From the NCBI GenBank assembly GCA_913031205.1, contig CAJWEM010000002.1, positions 14,107 through 78,106 of the forward strand: a stretch of 64,000 nucleotides of DNA. Reading direction: 5' to 3'. The notes under the pieces are model-generated. The model did not search any database, was not told the origin of the DNA, and was given only the letters and a program-made list of their open reading frames with translations. The position numbers and the translations under genes were made by a program. Shown piece by piece: positions 22,703 through 31,765 of this stretch (its first letter is position 1; the number at the start of each line of letters is the position of its first letter). This DNA is from an uncultured Gammaproteobacteria bacterium (lineage in GTDB: Bacteria; Pseudomonadota; Gammaproteobacteria; Poriferisulfidales; GCA-002705445).

Positions 22703-23020
22703 TTAAGTATTTCTAGTTTCCTTCTCCTTATGACCAGAAACACCAAATCTCCTTTCTAATTCTAATAATATATCATTTGAGGATAGATTTTTCATTGATA
22801 AAGCAACTAAACTGTGAAACCAAAGATCAGCGGCCTCAGATACTATTCTATCCTCGTTCTCATTTTGAAGCGCATGTATTAATTCTCTTGATTCCTCTTC
22901 AATTTTATTGCAAACCTTTTCTATGCCGCCACTGTATAGGCTTGCAACATATGAATCCTCAGATGCTTTGTTTTTTCTATCCTCAAGAACCGCATTTAAT
23001 TTTTTAAGAATCTCACTCAT
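22703..23020 (-). CDS. hisE: Phosphoribosyl-ATP pyrophosphatase (monofunctional HisE)
   Basis: 105 aa MazG-like protein (..[39 protein letters not shown]). It overlaps the hisF stop. Confidence 0.88.
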   Translation of the reverse strand: MSEILKKLNAVLEDRKNKASEDSYVASLYSGGIEKVCNKIEEESRELIHALQNENEDRIVSEAADLWFHSLVALSMKNLSSNDILLELERRFGVSGHKEKETRNT

Positions 23021-23792
23021 TTGTAATTCTTACATTCACCCCTTTCTCTTTTAAATATTTTTTTACATCTTGAACAGTATAAGTTCCAAAATGAAATATA
23101 CTTGCTGCTAGAACTGCATCAGCATTACCAACAGATATTCCTTCGTACAAATCCTCTAAAGTTCCAACTCCGCCACTAGCAATTGTAGGGATATTGACTT
23201 TAGAATTAATCTCTTTCATTAATTCTAGGTCAAAACCTTCTTTTGTTCCATCTTTATCCATACTTGTAACTAGAAGCTCGCCAGCCCCCCTCTTTTCCAT
23301 TTCTTCAGCCCACTTCAAAGCATCTATGCCTGTCGCATTTCTACCACCATGCGTGTATATTTCCCACACATTGTCCGAGGACGAATCTTTTCTTTTTGCA
23401 TCTATTGCAACGACTATACACTGACTTCCAACAGCTTCACTCGCATCAGAAACTAGTTTTGGATTTTTTATAGCAGCAGTATTAATTGTTATTTTGTCAG
23501 CCCCTGAATTCAATAATAATCTAATGTCGTCTACACTACTTATTCCTCCGCCAACAGTTAAAGGAATGAAAACTTGAGAGGCAACATTTTCTACTACATC
23601 TAAAATAGTTTTTCTATTACTAGAGCTAGCTGTTATATCTAAAAAGGTAATTTCATCAGCACCTTGATCATTATATTTTTTTGCAACTTCAATAGGGTCT
23701 CCAGCATCAATTATATCTACGAATTTCGTGCCTTTGACAACTCTTCCATTATCAACATCTAGACAGGGGATTATTCTTTTAGTTACCGACAT
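23013..23792 (-). CDS. hisF: Imidazole glycerol phosphate synthase, cyclase subunit
   Basis: 259 aa, N-terminus [16 protein letters not shown]. Confidence 0.93.
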   Translation of the reverse strand: MSVTKRIIPCLDVDNGRVVKGTKFVDIIDAGDPIEVAKKYNDQGADEITFLDITASSSNRKTILDVVENVASQVFIPLTVGGGISSVDDIRLLLNSGADKITINTAAIKNPKLVSDASEAVGSQCIVVAIDAKRKDSSSDNVWEIYTHGGRNATGIDALKWAEEMEKRGAGELLVTSMDKDGTKEGFDLELMKEINSKVNIPTIASGGVGTLEDLYEGISVGNADAVLAASIFHFGTYTVQDVKKYLKEKGVNVRITNE

Positions 23793-24522
23793 AGTTTTTA
23801 TTTAAAAATTCTTGGGCCTCTTGAATTTTTATTTTCTCCTCATATAGTGCTCTGCCAATAATTACACCGGATATCCCGTCTGTCTCGTAGGCACTAATCT
23901 TCTTTATGTCCTCTATATTACTGACTCCGCCAGAAGCAATCACAGGTATTTCAATTTCATTTGCCAGATTTACAGTAGCCTCAATATTGATGCCTTTCAT
24001 CATTCCATCTTTTTCTATGTCTGTGTATACAATTTCCGCCACTCCATAATCCTCAAATTTCTTTGATAGAGCAATAGCATCTAATTTTGAATTAAATTTC
24101 CATCCTTCGGTTGCAACCTCGCCATTCTTTGCATCAATTCCAACAATAATCTTACCTTCAAAAGTTTTACATAAAATTTTAACAAAGTTTGAATCCTCTA
24201 CGGCTTTTGTTCCAATTATTAAAAAGCTTGCGCCGCAATCAACGTATTTTTGCGCCGTATTTAAATCACGGATGCCTCCACCGATTTGAACTGGTACTCC
24301 AGGAAACGCTTTGCAAATTTTAGATATAATCTCGATGTTTATTGGCTTACCAAGTCGCGCTCCATCGAGGTCAACAATATGTAATCTTTTTGCACCTTCA
24401 TCAATCCATTTTTTTGCCATCTCTAAAGGGTTTTCATGGAAGATTGTTTCTTGCGAAAAATCACCTTGTTTTAATCTAACGCATTTTCCATTCTGTATAT
24501 CTATTGCTGGTATTATTTTCAT
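23779..24522 (-). CDS. hisA: ProFAR isomerase
   Basis: 247 aa, N-terminus [17 protein letters not shown]. Confidence 0.93.
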   Translation of the reverse strand: MKIIPAIDIQNGKCVRLKQGDFSQETIFHENPLEMAKKWIDEGAKRLHIVDLDGARLGKPINIEIISKICKAFPGVPVQIGGGIRDLNTAQKYVDCGASFLIIGTKAVEDSNFVKILCKTFEGKIIVGIDAKNGEVATEGWKFNSKLDAIALSKKFEDYGVAEIVYTDIEKDGMMKGINIEATVNLANEIEIPVIASGGVSNIEDIKKISAYETDGISGVIIGRALYEEKIKIQEAQEFLNKNYVGN

Positions 24523-24525
24523 AGA

Positions 24526-25146
24526 TTATTTCATTTCAATAAAATTTTTTAAAAACTTTAAGCCCGCAGAGGAACTTTTTTCTGGATGTCCCTGAATAGC
24601 AACAATATTTTTTTTAGATATCACAGAACAAAATTCCCCCCCGTATTCAGTTGTGCCAATGATATTTGCATCTGATTCTGGCTCTATCAAATAGCTATGA
24701 ACGAAGTAAAAGTAGGATTCGTCTTTAATTCCATTCCAGATAGGGTGTTCATTGTTTTTCTTTATTTTGTTCCAACCCATGTGTGGAATTTTAATATTTT
24801 TATTGGAGTTATTAAACTTTTTTACACTTCCTTTTATTATTCCAAGACAATCTATACCTTCATTTTCTTCGCTAAAATCCATAAGTACTTGCATTCCCAT
24901 ACATATTCCCAAAAAAGGTTTTTCGTTCGCATTTTTTTTTATTACGCTGTCTAATTTTTTTTCAAAAATAGACAACATGCAATTTTTTGCTGCTCCTTGA
25001 CCAGGAAAAATTACCTTATCGGCGCTATCAATTTCGTTGAAGTCTGAAGATACGATTACATGTGAGTTTGGGGCGACATATTTTGTTGCCTTAACAACAG
25101 AGCTTAAATTGCTCATACCGTAATCAATAATTGCAATAGTTTTCAA
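24526..25146 (-). CDS. hisH: Imidazole glycerol phosphate synthase, glutamine amidotransferase subunit
   Basis: 206 aa class-I GATase with catalytic GICMGMQ and HPEKS. Confidence 0.93.
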   Translation of the reverse strand: MKTIAIIDYGMSNLSSVVKATKYVAPNSHVIVSSDFNEIDSADKVIFPGQGAAKNCMLSIFEKKLDSVIKKNANEKPFLGICMGMQVLMDFSEENEGIDCLGIIKGSVKKFNNSNKNIKIPHMGWNKIKKNNEHPIWNGIKDESYFYFVHSYLIEPESDANIIGTTEYGGEFCSVISKKNIVAIQGHPEKSSSAGLKFLKNFIEMK

Positions 25147-25163
25147 TTTATTAATTCCAAGAG

Positions 25164-25760
25164 TTAAAGAACACCTTTTGTTGAAGGTGGTTTATTCCCA
25201 TGTTTTTCAAAATCAATTTCCTTAGCGTATCTAAAAGCTCTTCCAAAAGCTTTAAATATAGTTTCGGCAATATGATGCCCGTTTTCGCCTTTTATATTAT
25301 CAATATGCAAAGTTACCATCGCGTGATTACAAAATCCCTGAAAGAATTCGTGTATTAAATCTACATCAAAATCGTTTATATATTGTCTTGGGTATTCAGC
25401 TTTATACTCTACTCCGGGGCGCCCTGAGAAATCTATTACTACTCGAGATAATGCTTCATCCAAAGGAACGTAGGCATGTCCATACCTATTTATACCCTCT
25501 TTTCCACCAATAGCCTGATTAAATGCTTGGCCGAAACATATTCCCACATCTTCAACAGTATGGTGAGCATCAACCTCAAGATCTCCCTTGGCTTTTATTG
25601 TTAAATCTATATGCCCATGCCTACATATTTGTTCAATCATATGCTCAAAAAATGGCATACCAGTTTTAACATCACATTTACCATTTCCATCGATGTTTAA
25701 ATCTAACTCGATGTCGGTCTCATTGGTTTTGCGCTTAATTGATGCAGTTCTATCATTCAT
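25164..25760 (-). CDS. hisB: Imidazoleglycerol-phosphate dehydratase (monofunctional)
   Basis: 198 aa, N-terminus [12 protein letters not shown]. Confidence 0.92.
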   Translation of the reverse strand: MNDRTASIKRKTNETDIELDLNIDGNGKCDVKTGMPFFEHMIEQICRHGHIDLTIKAKGDLEVDAHHTVEDVGICFGQAFNQAIGGKEGINRYGHAYVPLDEALSRVVIDFSGRPGVEYKAEYPRQYINDFDVDLIHEFFQGFCNHAMVTLHIDNIKGENGHHIAETIFKAFGRAFRYAKEIDFEKHGNKPPSTKGVL

Positions 25761-25822
25761 AATTTTTAAAAAAAATCTAATAAAAGTCGAGTATAATTAA
25801 AATTTTATACAATATACACTAA

Positions 25823-26710
25823 ATGATGATAATAAGCACAATACAAAAATTCAGCCTATTTTTGCTAAGTTTTTGTAGGCTGTCGTTGACCCATAAATTA
25901 GCAACCATTTTATCAGCGATCTTTTTATCAAAAAAAAGCAAAAAATATTCCGTTTCGTACAAAAATTTAAAAGCGTGCTATCCAGAGCAACCTCAAGATT
26001 GGATAGAAGAAAAAGCAAAGAAGTCTTTAATCGAATACGCAAAGGCAATGATCGAAGCACCTTTTATTTATAGACAAGCAGAAAAAAATCTTGATAAGTT
26101 GATAGAAAATGTTCATTCAGAAAATTTAATAAAAGAGGCTATTGAAGAGAACAAAGGTGTGATTTTTATGACGCCGCATCACGGTTCATGGGAGATGAGC
26201 GGCTTATATGCAGCAAGCAAAATAAAAACTTTCACTATGTACAAGCCACTGAGAAATAAAATTCTTGATGATTTCGTTTTTAAAGGAAGAGAAACAAAAG
26301 GATCATCTTTAGTAGAGACTGATAATTCCGGAGTTAAGAAACTTTTAAAAGCTCTTCGTGAGAATTATGGTGTTGGAATCCTGCCAGACCATACACCCAA
26401 AATAAATCAGGGTGTAATGTCAACTTTTTTTGGGGTACCTGTAAATACCACAACTTTAATTTATAAGTTAAGCAGAAAGAATAAAATTCCAATAATTTAT
26501 TTATTTGCGGAAAGACTAAATAGTGGAAAAGGGTTTGATATTCATGTCGGCAGAGTCGAAGAAGAGTTTTATAAATTAGATGAAAAAGAAGCAGCAGATT
26601 TCTTAAATCATATTATTGAAATTTTAGTAAATAAAAATGTGTGCCAATATCTATGGTCTTACGAAAGATTTAGAAATAGATCAGAGGTAAATGAAAGTAT
26701 TTATAATTAA
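25823..26710 (+). CDS. lpxL: Lipid A biosynthesis (Kdo)2-lipid IVA acyltransferase (LpxL/LpxM/HtrB family)
   Basis: 295 aa. It has the HX4E acyltransferase motif (MTPHHGSWEM) and the C-terminal QYLWSYERFRNR conserved in HtrB/MsbB. Confidence 0.82.
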   Translation: MMIISTIQKFSLFLLSFCRLSLTHKLATILSAIFLSKKSKKYSVSYKNLKACYPEQPQDWIEEKAKKSLIEYAKAMIEAPFIYRQAEKNLDKLIENVHSENLIKEAIEENKGVIFMTPHHGSWEMSGLYAASKIKTFTMYKPLRNKILDDFVFKGRETKGSSLVETDNSGVKKLLKALRENYGVGILPDHTPKINQGVMSTFFGVPVNTTTLIYKLSRKNKIPIIYLFAERLNSGKGFDIHVGRVEEEFYKLDEKEAADFLNHIIEILVNKNVCQYLWSYERFRNRSEVNESIYN

Positions 26711-26716
26711 AAGATT

Positions 26717-28162
26717 TTATTTTCTCCAAAAATCTGGGGTAAAAATTACAAGCAAAGTAAATATTTCAAGCCTACCAACGATCATGCTAAATGATAAAAT
26801 CCATTTATTTACATCCGTTAAGCTTGAGTAGTTACTTAAAACCTCACCCTGTCCTGGCCCTAGATTATTTATAGTTGCGGCAACAGCCGAGAATGATGTT
26901 AAAAAATCAAGTCCAGACAACATTAGTAAAAGCATTACAGTAAAAAAAACAAAAACGTAAATTGCAAAAAACCCCCAAATGGTTTCAAGAGTCCTTTCAT
27001 TTATTGCGGTATTTCCAATTTTTACTTTAATTTTTGAGTTAGGATGTACTAATCTAATAAGCTCCCTATAACCTTGTTTAAGTAACAAAATTACTCTTAT
27101 AACTTTCATACCACCAGCTGTTGAGCCCGCACAACCCCCGACAAAACTAAACAATATTAGGAGTAATGGAAGAAAACCAACATAATTGAAATAATTTGAA
27201 TTTGTAAAACCAGTTGTGGTTGATATCGATACTGCATAGAATATGTTTTTTATAACTTCTCTAAAACTTATTTCAGAATTAATTTGATAGACGTAAAGGA
27301 TTGTTAATATAGAAATAAATACTGTAATAAAAATAAAAGAATATGATTCATTATCGTCTCTATATGGATTAATTGATCTGTTTTTAAAGGCCAAGTAATG
27401 CAAACTAAAATTCAATCCAGCAGCTATCATGAAAAAAATCGCGACTAACTCTATCCATTGGTTATTGTAAAAACCAAAACTTTCGTTATGAGTAGAAAAT
27501 CCACCAATTGCAATCGTGGAGAAGCTATGACAAATAGAATCAAAAACTGTCATTCCGGCGAGGTAATAACTTAACCCACATAGAATAGTCATCGATAAAT
27601 AAACTATCCAAAGCCATTTTGCAGTTTCTGTTATTCTTGGCGTGATTTTATTTTTTATAGGGCCAGCAACCTCAGCTTTATAAAGCTGCATACCACCAAC
27701 ACCTAACATTGGTAATACGGCAACTGCCAAAACAATTATGCCAAGTCCTCCTAGCCACTGTAAATATTGTCTATAAAATAAGATTGATTCAGGAAGTGTA
27801 TCAATTTCATTAAGTATGGTAGCCCCGGTTGTCGTCAAACCAGAAACGGATTCAAATATAGCGTTGGTAATAGTTATATTGAGCGACTCACTTAATAGCA
27901 TAGGCAAGGAGGCAAAGGTGCTTAGCACAAACCAAAATAAAACAACAATTATAAAACCATCTCTTAATTTCAATTCAGTTTTTGCCTGAGCTGCTGGCAA
28001 CCACAGCAATAAACCTGATACAAAAATTAATATTCCAGCGTAGAAAAAAGACCATGTTTCATTGTCTTGGTATATTAAACTAACAATTATTGGAGGAATA
28101 ATAGCCAAACTAAATAACATTAGTAAAAGCCCAAGTATTCTTATTACAGATTTAATTTGCAT
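26717..28162 (-). CDS. trkH: Trk system potassium uptake protein TrkH
   Basis: 481 aa polytopic membrane protein with repeated pore-loop GG motifs (TTTGAT, TGFT...). Confidence 0.88.
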   Translation of the reverse strand: MQIKSVIRILGLLLMLFSLAIIPPIIVSLIYQDNETWSFFYAGILIFVSGLLLWLPAAQAKTELKLRDGFIIVVLFWFVLSTFASLPMLLSESLNITITNAIFESVSGLTTTGATILNEIDTLPESILFYRQYLQWLGGLGIIVLAVAVLPMLGVGGMQLYKAEVAGPIKNKITPRITETAKWLWIVYLSMTILCGLSYYLAGMTVFDSICHSFSTIAIGGFSTHNESFGFYNNQWIELVAIFFMIAAGLNFSLHYLAFKNRSINPYRDDNESYSFIFITVFISILTILYVYQINSEISFREVIKNIFYAVSISTTTGFTNSNYFNYVGFLPLLLILFSFVGGCAGSTAGGMKVIRVILLLKQGYRELIRLVHPNSKIKVKIGNTAINERTLETIWGFFAIYVFVFFTVMLLLMLSGLDFLTSFSAVAATINNLGPGQGEVLSNYSSLTDVNKWILSFSMIVGRLEIFTLLVIFTPDFWRK

Positions 28163-28167
28163 TATCG

Positions 28168-29511
28168 TTATTCGAATAACTCTTCAATTTGTTTAACATC
28201 TTTTTTATTTACTAAACAAACAAGCCGATCACTTTTTTCTAATAAAATATTTGTCATATCAAAAATAATAATCTCGTCTCTTATGATACAACACATTATT
28301 GTATTCTCCGGCGTGTTAATTTGTTCAAGATTTTTACCAATAGTTTTTGAATTTTCCTTATCTCTTACTTCGAGTTCAAGTAACTCTAAATTTCCTCGCA
28401 TAAGGGAATGAACTTTTAAAACACTACCTTTTCGAACATGGGTTAATAGAGCCCCCATTGTCAAATCTTCCGGAGATACAGTAATATCAATTTCTTGTTT
28501 CTCTAAAAGATCTGAATAGCTAATTTTATTAATGATAGATATAACTGTTTTTGAACCAAGTTTTTTCGCAAGCATTGCTGATAATATATTCGCCTCGTCA
28601 TCGTTAGTTAACGCACAAAATACATCCATGTGTTCAATATTTTCCTCCAAAAGAATATCTTCATTAGATGAATCTGCATTAATTATAGTAACATTATCTA
28701 AAATTTCAGATAAGTATTCAGCTCTTTCCTCATTGGATTCGATTACTTTGACTTGATAACTTTCGCGGATATTTTCAGAAAGATGCTTTCCAATATTTCC
28801 TCCGCCTGCGATCATTATTCTTCTATTATTTTTATTATGTCCAAATAATTTCGTTATATCTTCAATATTTTCCTCTTTACAAATAAATAAAAGTTCATCT
28901 CCGTCTTCAATAGTATCTCCAGCCTCTATTGAATAAAGTTTATCATTTCTTATGAAGGCGCAAATTTTTGAGTTAAATTTTTCACAAGCTTGCTGGTAAT
29001 ATTGAATTGTATTTTCGGTATTATTATCCTCATTGAAAGTGATATTGATAAAACAGTCTGCTTCAGACGAAAAATTAAAAACTTGCTTTGTGCCTTGATA
29101 CTTAATTAGCTTTTTAATATAGCTTGAAGCAATTAAGTCGGGACTAATTGTAAAGTCAATTGGCGTGGATTCATCTGCAAATAAATTCTCATAACTTAAA
29201 TACTCTAGATCTCTTATTCTTGCAATTTTCTTTTCTACACCAAATACAGTGTATGCGACTTGACAAGCTATCATATTTGTTTCATCACTCTTTGATACAG
29301 CAACTATCATGTCTGCTTTATTCGCACCAGCTGCCTCGAGAATACTTGGATGTGCTCCATTACCGTGAATAGTTTGAAGATCTATTTTTTCGGCAATATT
29401 TTCTAATAGGTCAGCACTTTTATCGATAAGTGTGACATCATTGCCTTCTTTAACTAGATTAATGGATAATGAGCTTCCGACTTGCCCAGCCCCTACGATT
29501 ATAATTTTCAT
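28168..29511 (-). CDS. trkA: Trk system potassium uptake protein TrkA (tandem RCK domains)
   Basis: 447 aa with two Rossmann motifs (GAGQVGSSL and GGGNIGKHL). Confidence 0.9.
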   Translation of the reverse strand: MKIIIVGAGQVGSSLSINLVKEGNDVTLIDKSADLLENIAEKIDLQTIHGNGAHPSILEAAGANKADMIVAVSKSDETNMIACQVAYTVFGVEKKIARIRDLEYLSYENLFADESTPIDFTISPDLIASSYIKKLIKYQGTKQVFNFSSEADCFINITFNEDNNTENTIQYYQQACEKFNSKICAFIRNDKLYSIEAGDTIEDGDELLFICKEENIEDITKLFGHNKNNRRIMIAGGGNIGKHLSENIRESYQVKVIESNEERAEYLSEILDNVTIINADSSNEDILLEENIEHMDVFCALTNDDEANILSAMLAKKLGSKTVISIINKISYSDLLEKQEIDITVSPEDLTMGALLTHVRKGSVLKVHSLMRGNLELLELEVRDKENSKTIGKNLEQINTPENTIMCCIIRDEIIIFDMTNILLEKSDRLVCLVNKKDVKQIEELFE

Positions 29512-29559
29512 AATATATTAAGTATTATAGTTCAAATTTGTAAATTTAATAAATTTTTG

Positions 29560-30492
29560 TTACTCAAATTTTTTACCCTTTAAGTCAGCAGAATTTATAA
29601 AATCATCAACGTTAATTATTTTTGAATTTTCCTTTTGAAGTCTCTTTATCATTAAACAGCCATCACCAGTGAAAACCTCAATAATTTTGTCTTTAAAGGA
29701 TTTTATATTCCCTGGGATTCCATTAATATCAAGTTTTTTAAACTCACTTTCATGAATTCTTACCCTTTCACCAGATAAAGACGTTTCGGCGATTGGCCAA
29801 GAATTAAAGGCCATTATCTTCCTATGAATTGTCTCAGCAGAATTATCCCAATTAATTTTAGCTTCTGCTTTGGTAATTTTTTTTGCATAAGTTGCTAAAC
29901 TATTATCTTGAGAATGAGCCATTATATTGTCATCTATTAAAGAATCTAAAGTAACAAGAAGTGCCTGTGATCCAACGTCCGCAAATTTTTTATGCATTGA
30001 TATAGACGAGTCGTTATCGGTTATTGGCACTGGTTCTTGATAAATTACATCTCCTTTATCAAGCTCTTCGTTCATTTGCATTATTGAAACACCAGATAAT
30101 TTATCACCTGCTTCAATCGATCTTTGTATTGGGGCGGCGCCTCTCCATCTCGGCAATAACGAGGGATGAACATTGATGCATCCAAATTTTGGAACAGAAA
30201 TAAATTCTTTCGTAAGCATTAACCCGTATGCTACTACAATAACAATATCTGGATTTATTTCTTCGAGAGCATCAGTTTCTTTGATCGTTATTTTTTCAGG
30301 CTGTCTGATATCTATATTACTTTTTTGGGCAGTATCTCTAACTGGACTATGTTTAAATTTTAAACCTCTTCCCGATCTTTTACTTGGTTGAGTAAAAACT
30401 GTAACAACATCGTGTTTTGAATTTATCAGCGCTGATAAATGGGTCTCTGCAAATTCTGGTGTTCCTGCGAACACAATTTTTAATTTGTTCAT
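29560..30492 (-). CDS. fmt: Methionyl-tRNA formyltransferase
   Basis: Likely start MNKLKIVFAGTPEFA at 30492; the ORF-track start at 30546 would overlap def. Contains the SLLP motif. Confidence 0.9.
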   Translation of the reverse strand: MNKLKIVFAGTPEFAETHLSALINSKHDVVTVFTQPSKRSGRGLKFKHSPVRDTAQKSNIDIRQPEKITIKETDALEEINPDIVIVVAYGLMLTKEFISVPKFGCINVHPSLLPRWRGAAPIQRSIEAGDKLSGVSIMQMNEELDKGDVIYQEPVPITDNDSSISMHKKFADVGSQALLVTLDSLIDDNIMAHSQDNSLATYAKKITKAEAKINWDNSAETIHRKIMAFNSWPIAETSLSGERVRIHESEFKKLDINGIPGNIKSFKDKIIEVFTGDGCLMIKRLQKENSKIINVDDFINSADLKGKKFE

Positions 30493-30502
30493 GACTTGGA
30501 TT

Positions 30503-31051
30503 TTAGACTGCTGATTTATAGTTTGGAGTATCTTTTCTTGAGGCAAGCGAGCCTTCTTTTTTTAATTTAACTATTTTCTTTTCTATTCTATTTCTTTTCA
30601 AAGCAGATATATGATCAACAAATAATTTCCCATTCAAATGATCAATTTCATGCTGTATACATGTAGATAAAAGTCCGCTCGCCTCGAACTCTTTTGTTTT
30701 ACCATCAAGATCTAGAGATGACACCCTTATCTTTTTTGGTCGTTCAACAGTTTCATAAAAGCCCGGAACTGATAAACAACCCTCTTCCATTGAATCCTTG
30801 TCTTCAGACAGAGATAAAATTTCTGGATTAATAAGGTATATTTTTTCATCCTTATTTTCGGATACATCTATTACAATGATTCTCTTATGAATATTTACTT
30901 GAGTAGCAGCAAGCCCAATACCTTTTTCCTCATACATAGTGAAGAACATCTTTTCAATGATATCCTTAATATTTTGATTAACATTCTCTACTGGCTGCGC
31001 AATTTTTCGTAACCTAGGGTCAGGAAAATGTAAAACTTTTAATTTGTCCAT
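30503..31051 (-). CDS. def: Peptide deformylase
   Basis: 182 aa with the three PDF motifs GIGLAATQV, EGCLSVPG and HEIDHLNG. Confidence 0.93.
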   Translation of the reverse strand: MDKLKVLHFPDPRLRKIAQPVENVNQNIKDIIEKMFFTMYEEKGIGLAATQVNIHKRIIVIDVSENKDEKIYLINPEILSLSEDKDSMEEGCLSVPGFYETVERPKKIRVSSLDLDGKTKEFEASGLLSTCIQHEIDHLNGKLFVDHISALKRNRIEKKIVKLKKEGSLASRKDTPNYKSAV

Positions 31052-31252
31052 ATCTAAAAAATCATGCCGTTTATCAATAATTATAATTATACTATTGTCT
31101 TTATTGCCGTGTAAAATTTAGAAAAAAAGGGTAATTGTTTTTTTCAATTTTGACTAAATACAAACAATGTATTAATGTTAAAAAGATGGTGCAATTTTAA
31201 CAAGATATAATTTATTTTTATAATATAAATCAATTACTTAAGGATAAGCGCT

Positions 31253-31729
31253 ATGAAAGAAACCATATTAGATGTCTTAATGTTCATGTTCCAAAGCTAT
31301 GTAGATGATAATGAAGAGGTTGAGCTTGATAAGGAAGCTTTGCATAAAAACTTATCAGATGCTGGTTTTGCTGATGATAATATCGAAAGAGCATTTGAGT
31401 GGCTCGAGGGGCTACCGGGCGCAGATGAAAGCACACTTCTTAACAAGCCAACAAAAAATAGCTTCAGGTTGTTCAGTGATGTTGAGCAGAGAAAGATTGG
31501 AGAAGAAGGGCTAAGCTTTCTAATGTTTTTAGAAAGACTAGGAATTTTTCATGGGGAAATTCGAGAGCATGTTATTGACAGGATAATGGCTTTAGATACT
31601 AATAGTGTTGACCTAAGTCAAATTAGATGGGTTGTATTGATGATTTTATTTAATACCCCAGGCAATGAAAGCAGTTATACATGGTTGCAAAATCTAAATT
31701 CAGATAAAGCCTTACCTTATATACACTAA
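31253..31729 (+). CDS. smg: Smg protein (DUF494)
   Basis: 158 aa with strong similarity to E. coli Smg (ILDVLMFMFQSY..., WVVLMILFNTPG). It is divergent from def-fmt and upstream of topA, as in the enteric neighbourhood. Confidence 0.85.
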   Translation: MKETILDVLMFMFQSYVDDNEEVELDKEALHKNLSDAGFADDNIERAFEWLEGLPGADESTLLNKPTKNSFRLFSDVEQRKIGEEGLSFLMFLERLGIFHGEIREHVIDRIMALDTNSVDLSQIRWVVLMILFNTPGNESSYTWLQNLNSDKALPYIH

Positions 31730-31765
31730 CAACGATTTTTATTTTTTTAAGGTTCAAATTTAGTT

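Noticed and set aside
25761-25822. Possible his-operon leader peptide/attenuator upstream of hisB.
   Set aside because: The spacer is only 62 bp and divergent to lpxL, with no His-codon run. hisB is evidently not preceded by an attenuator here.
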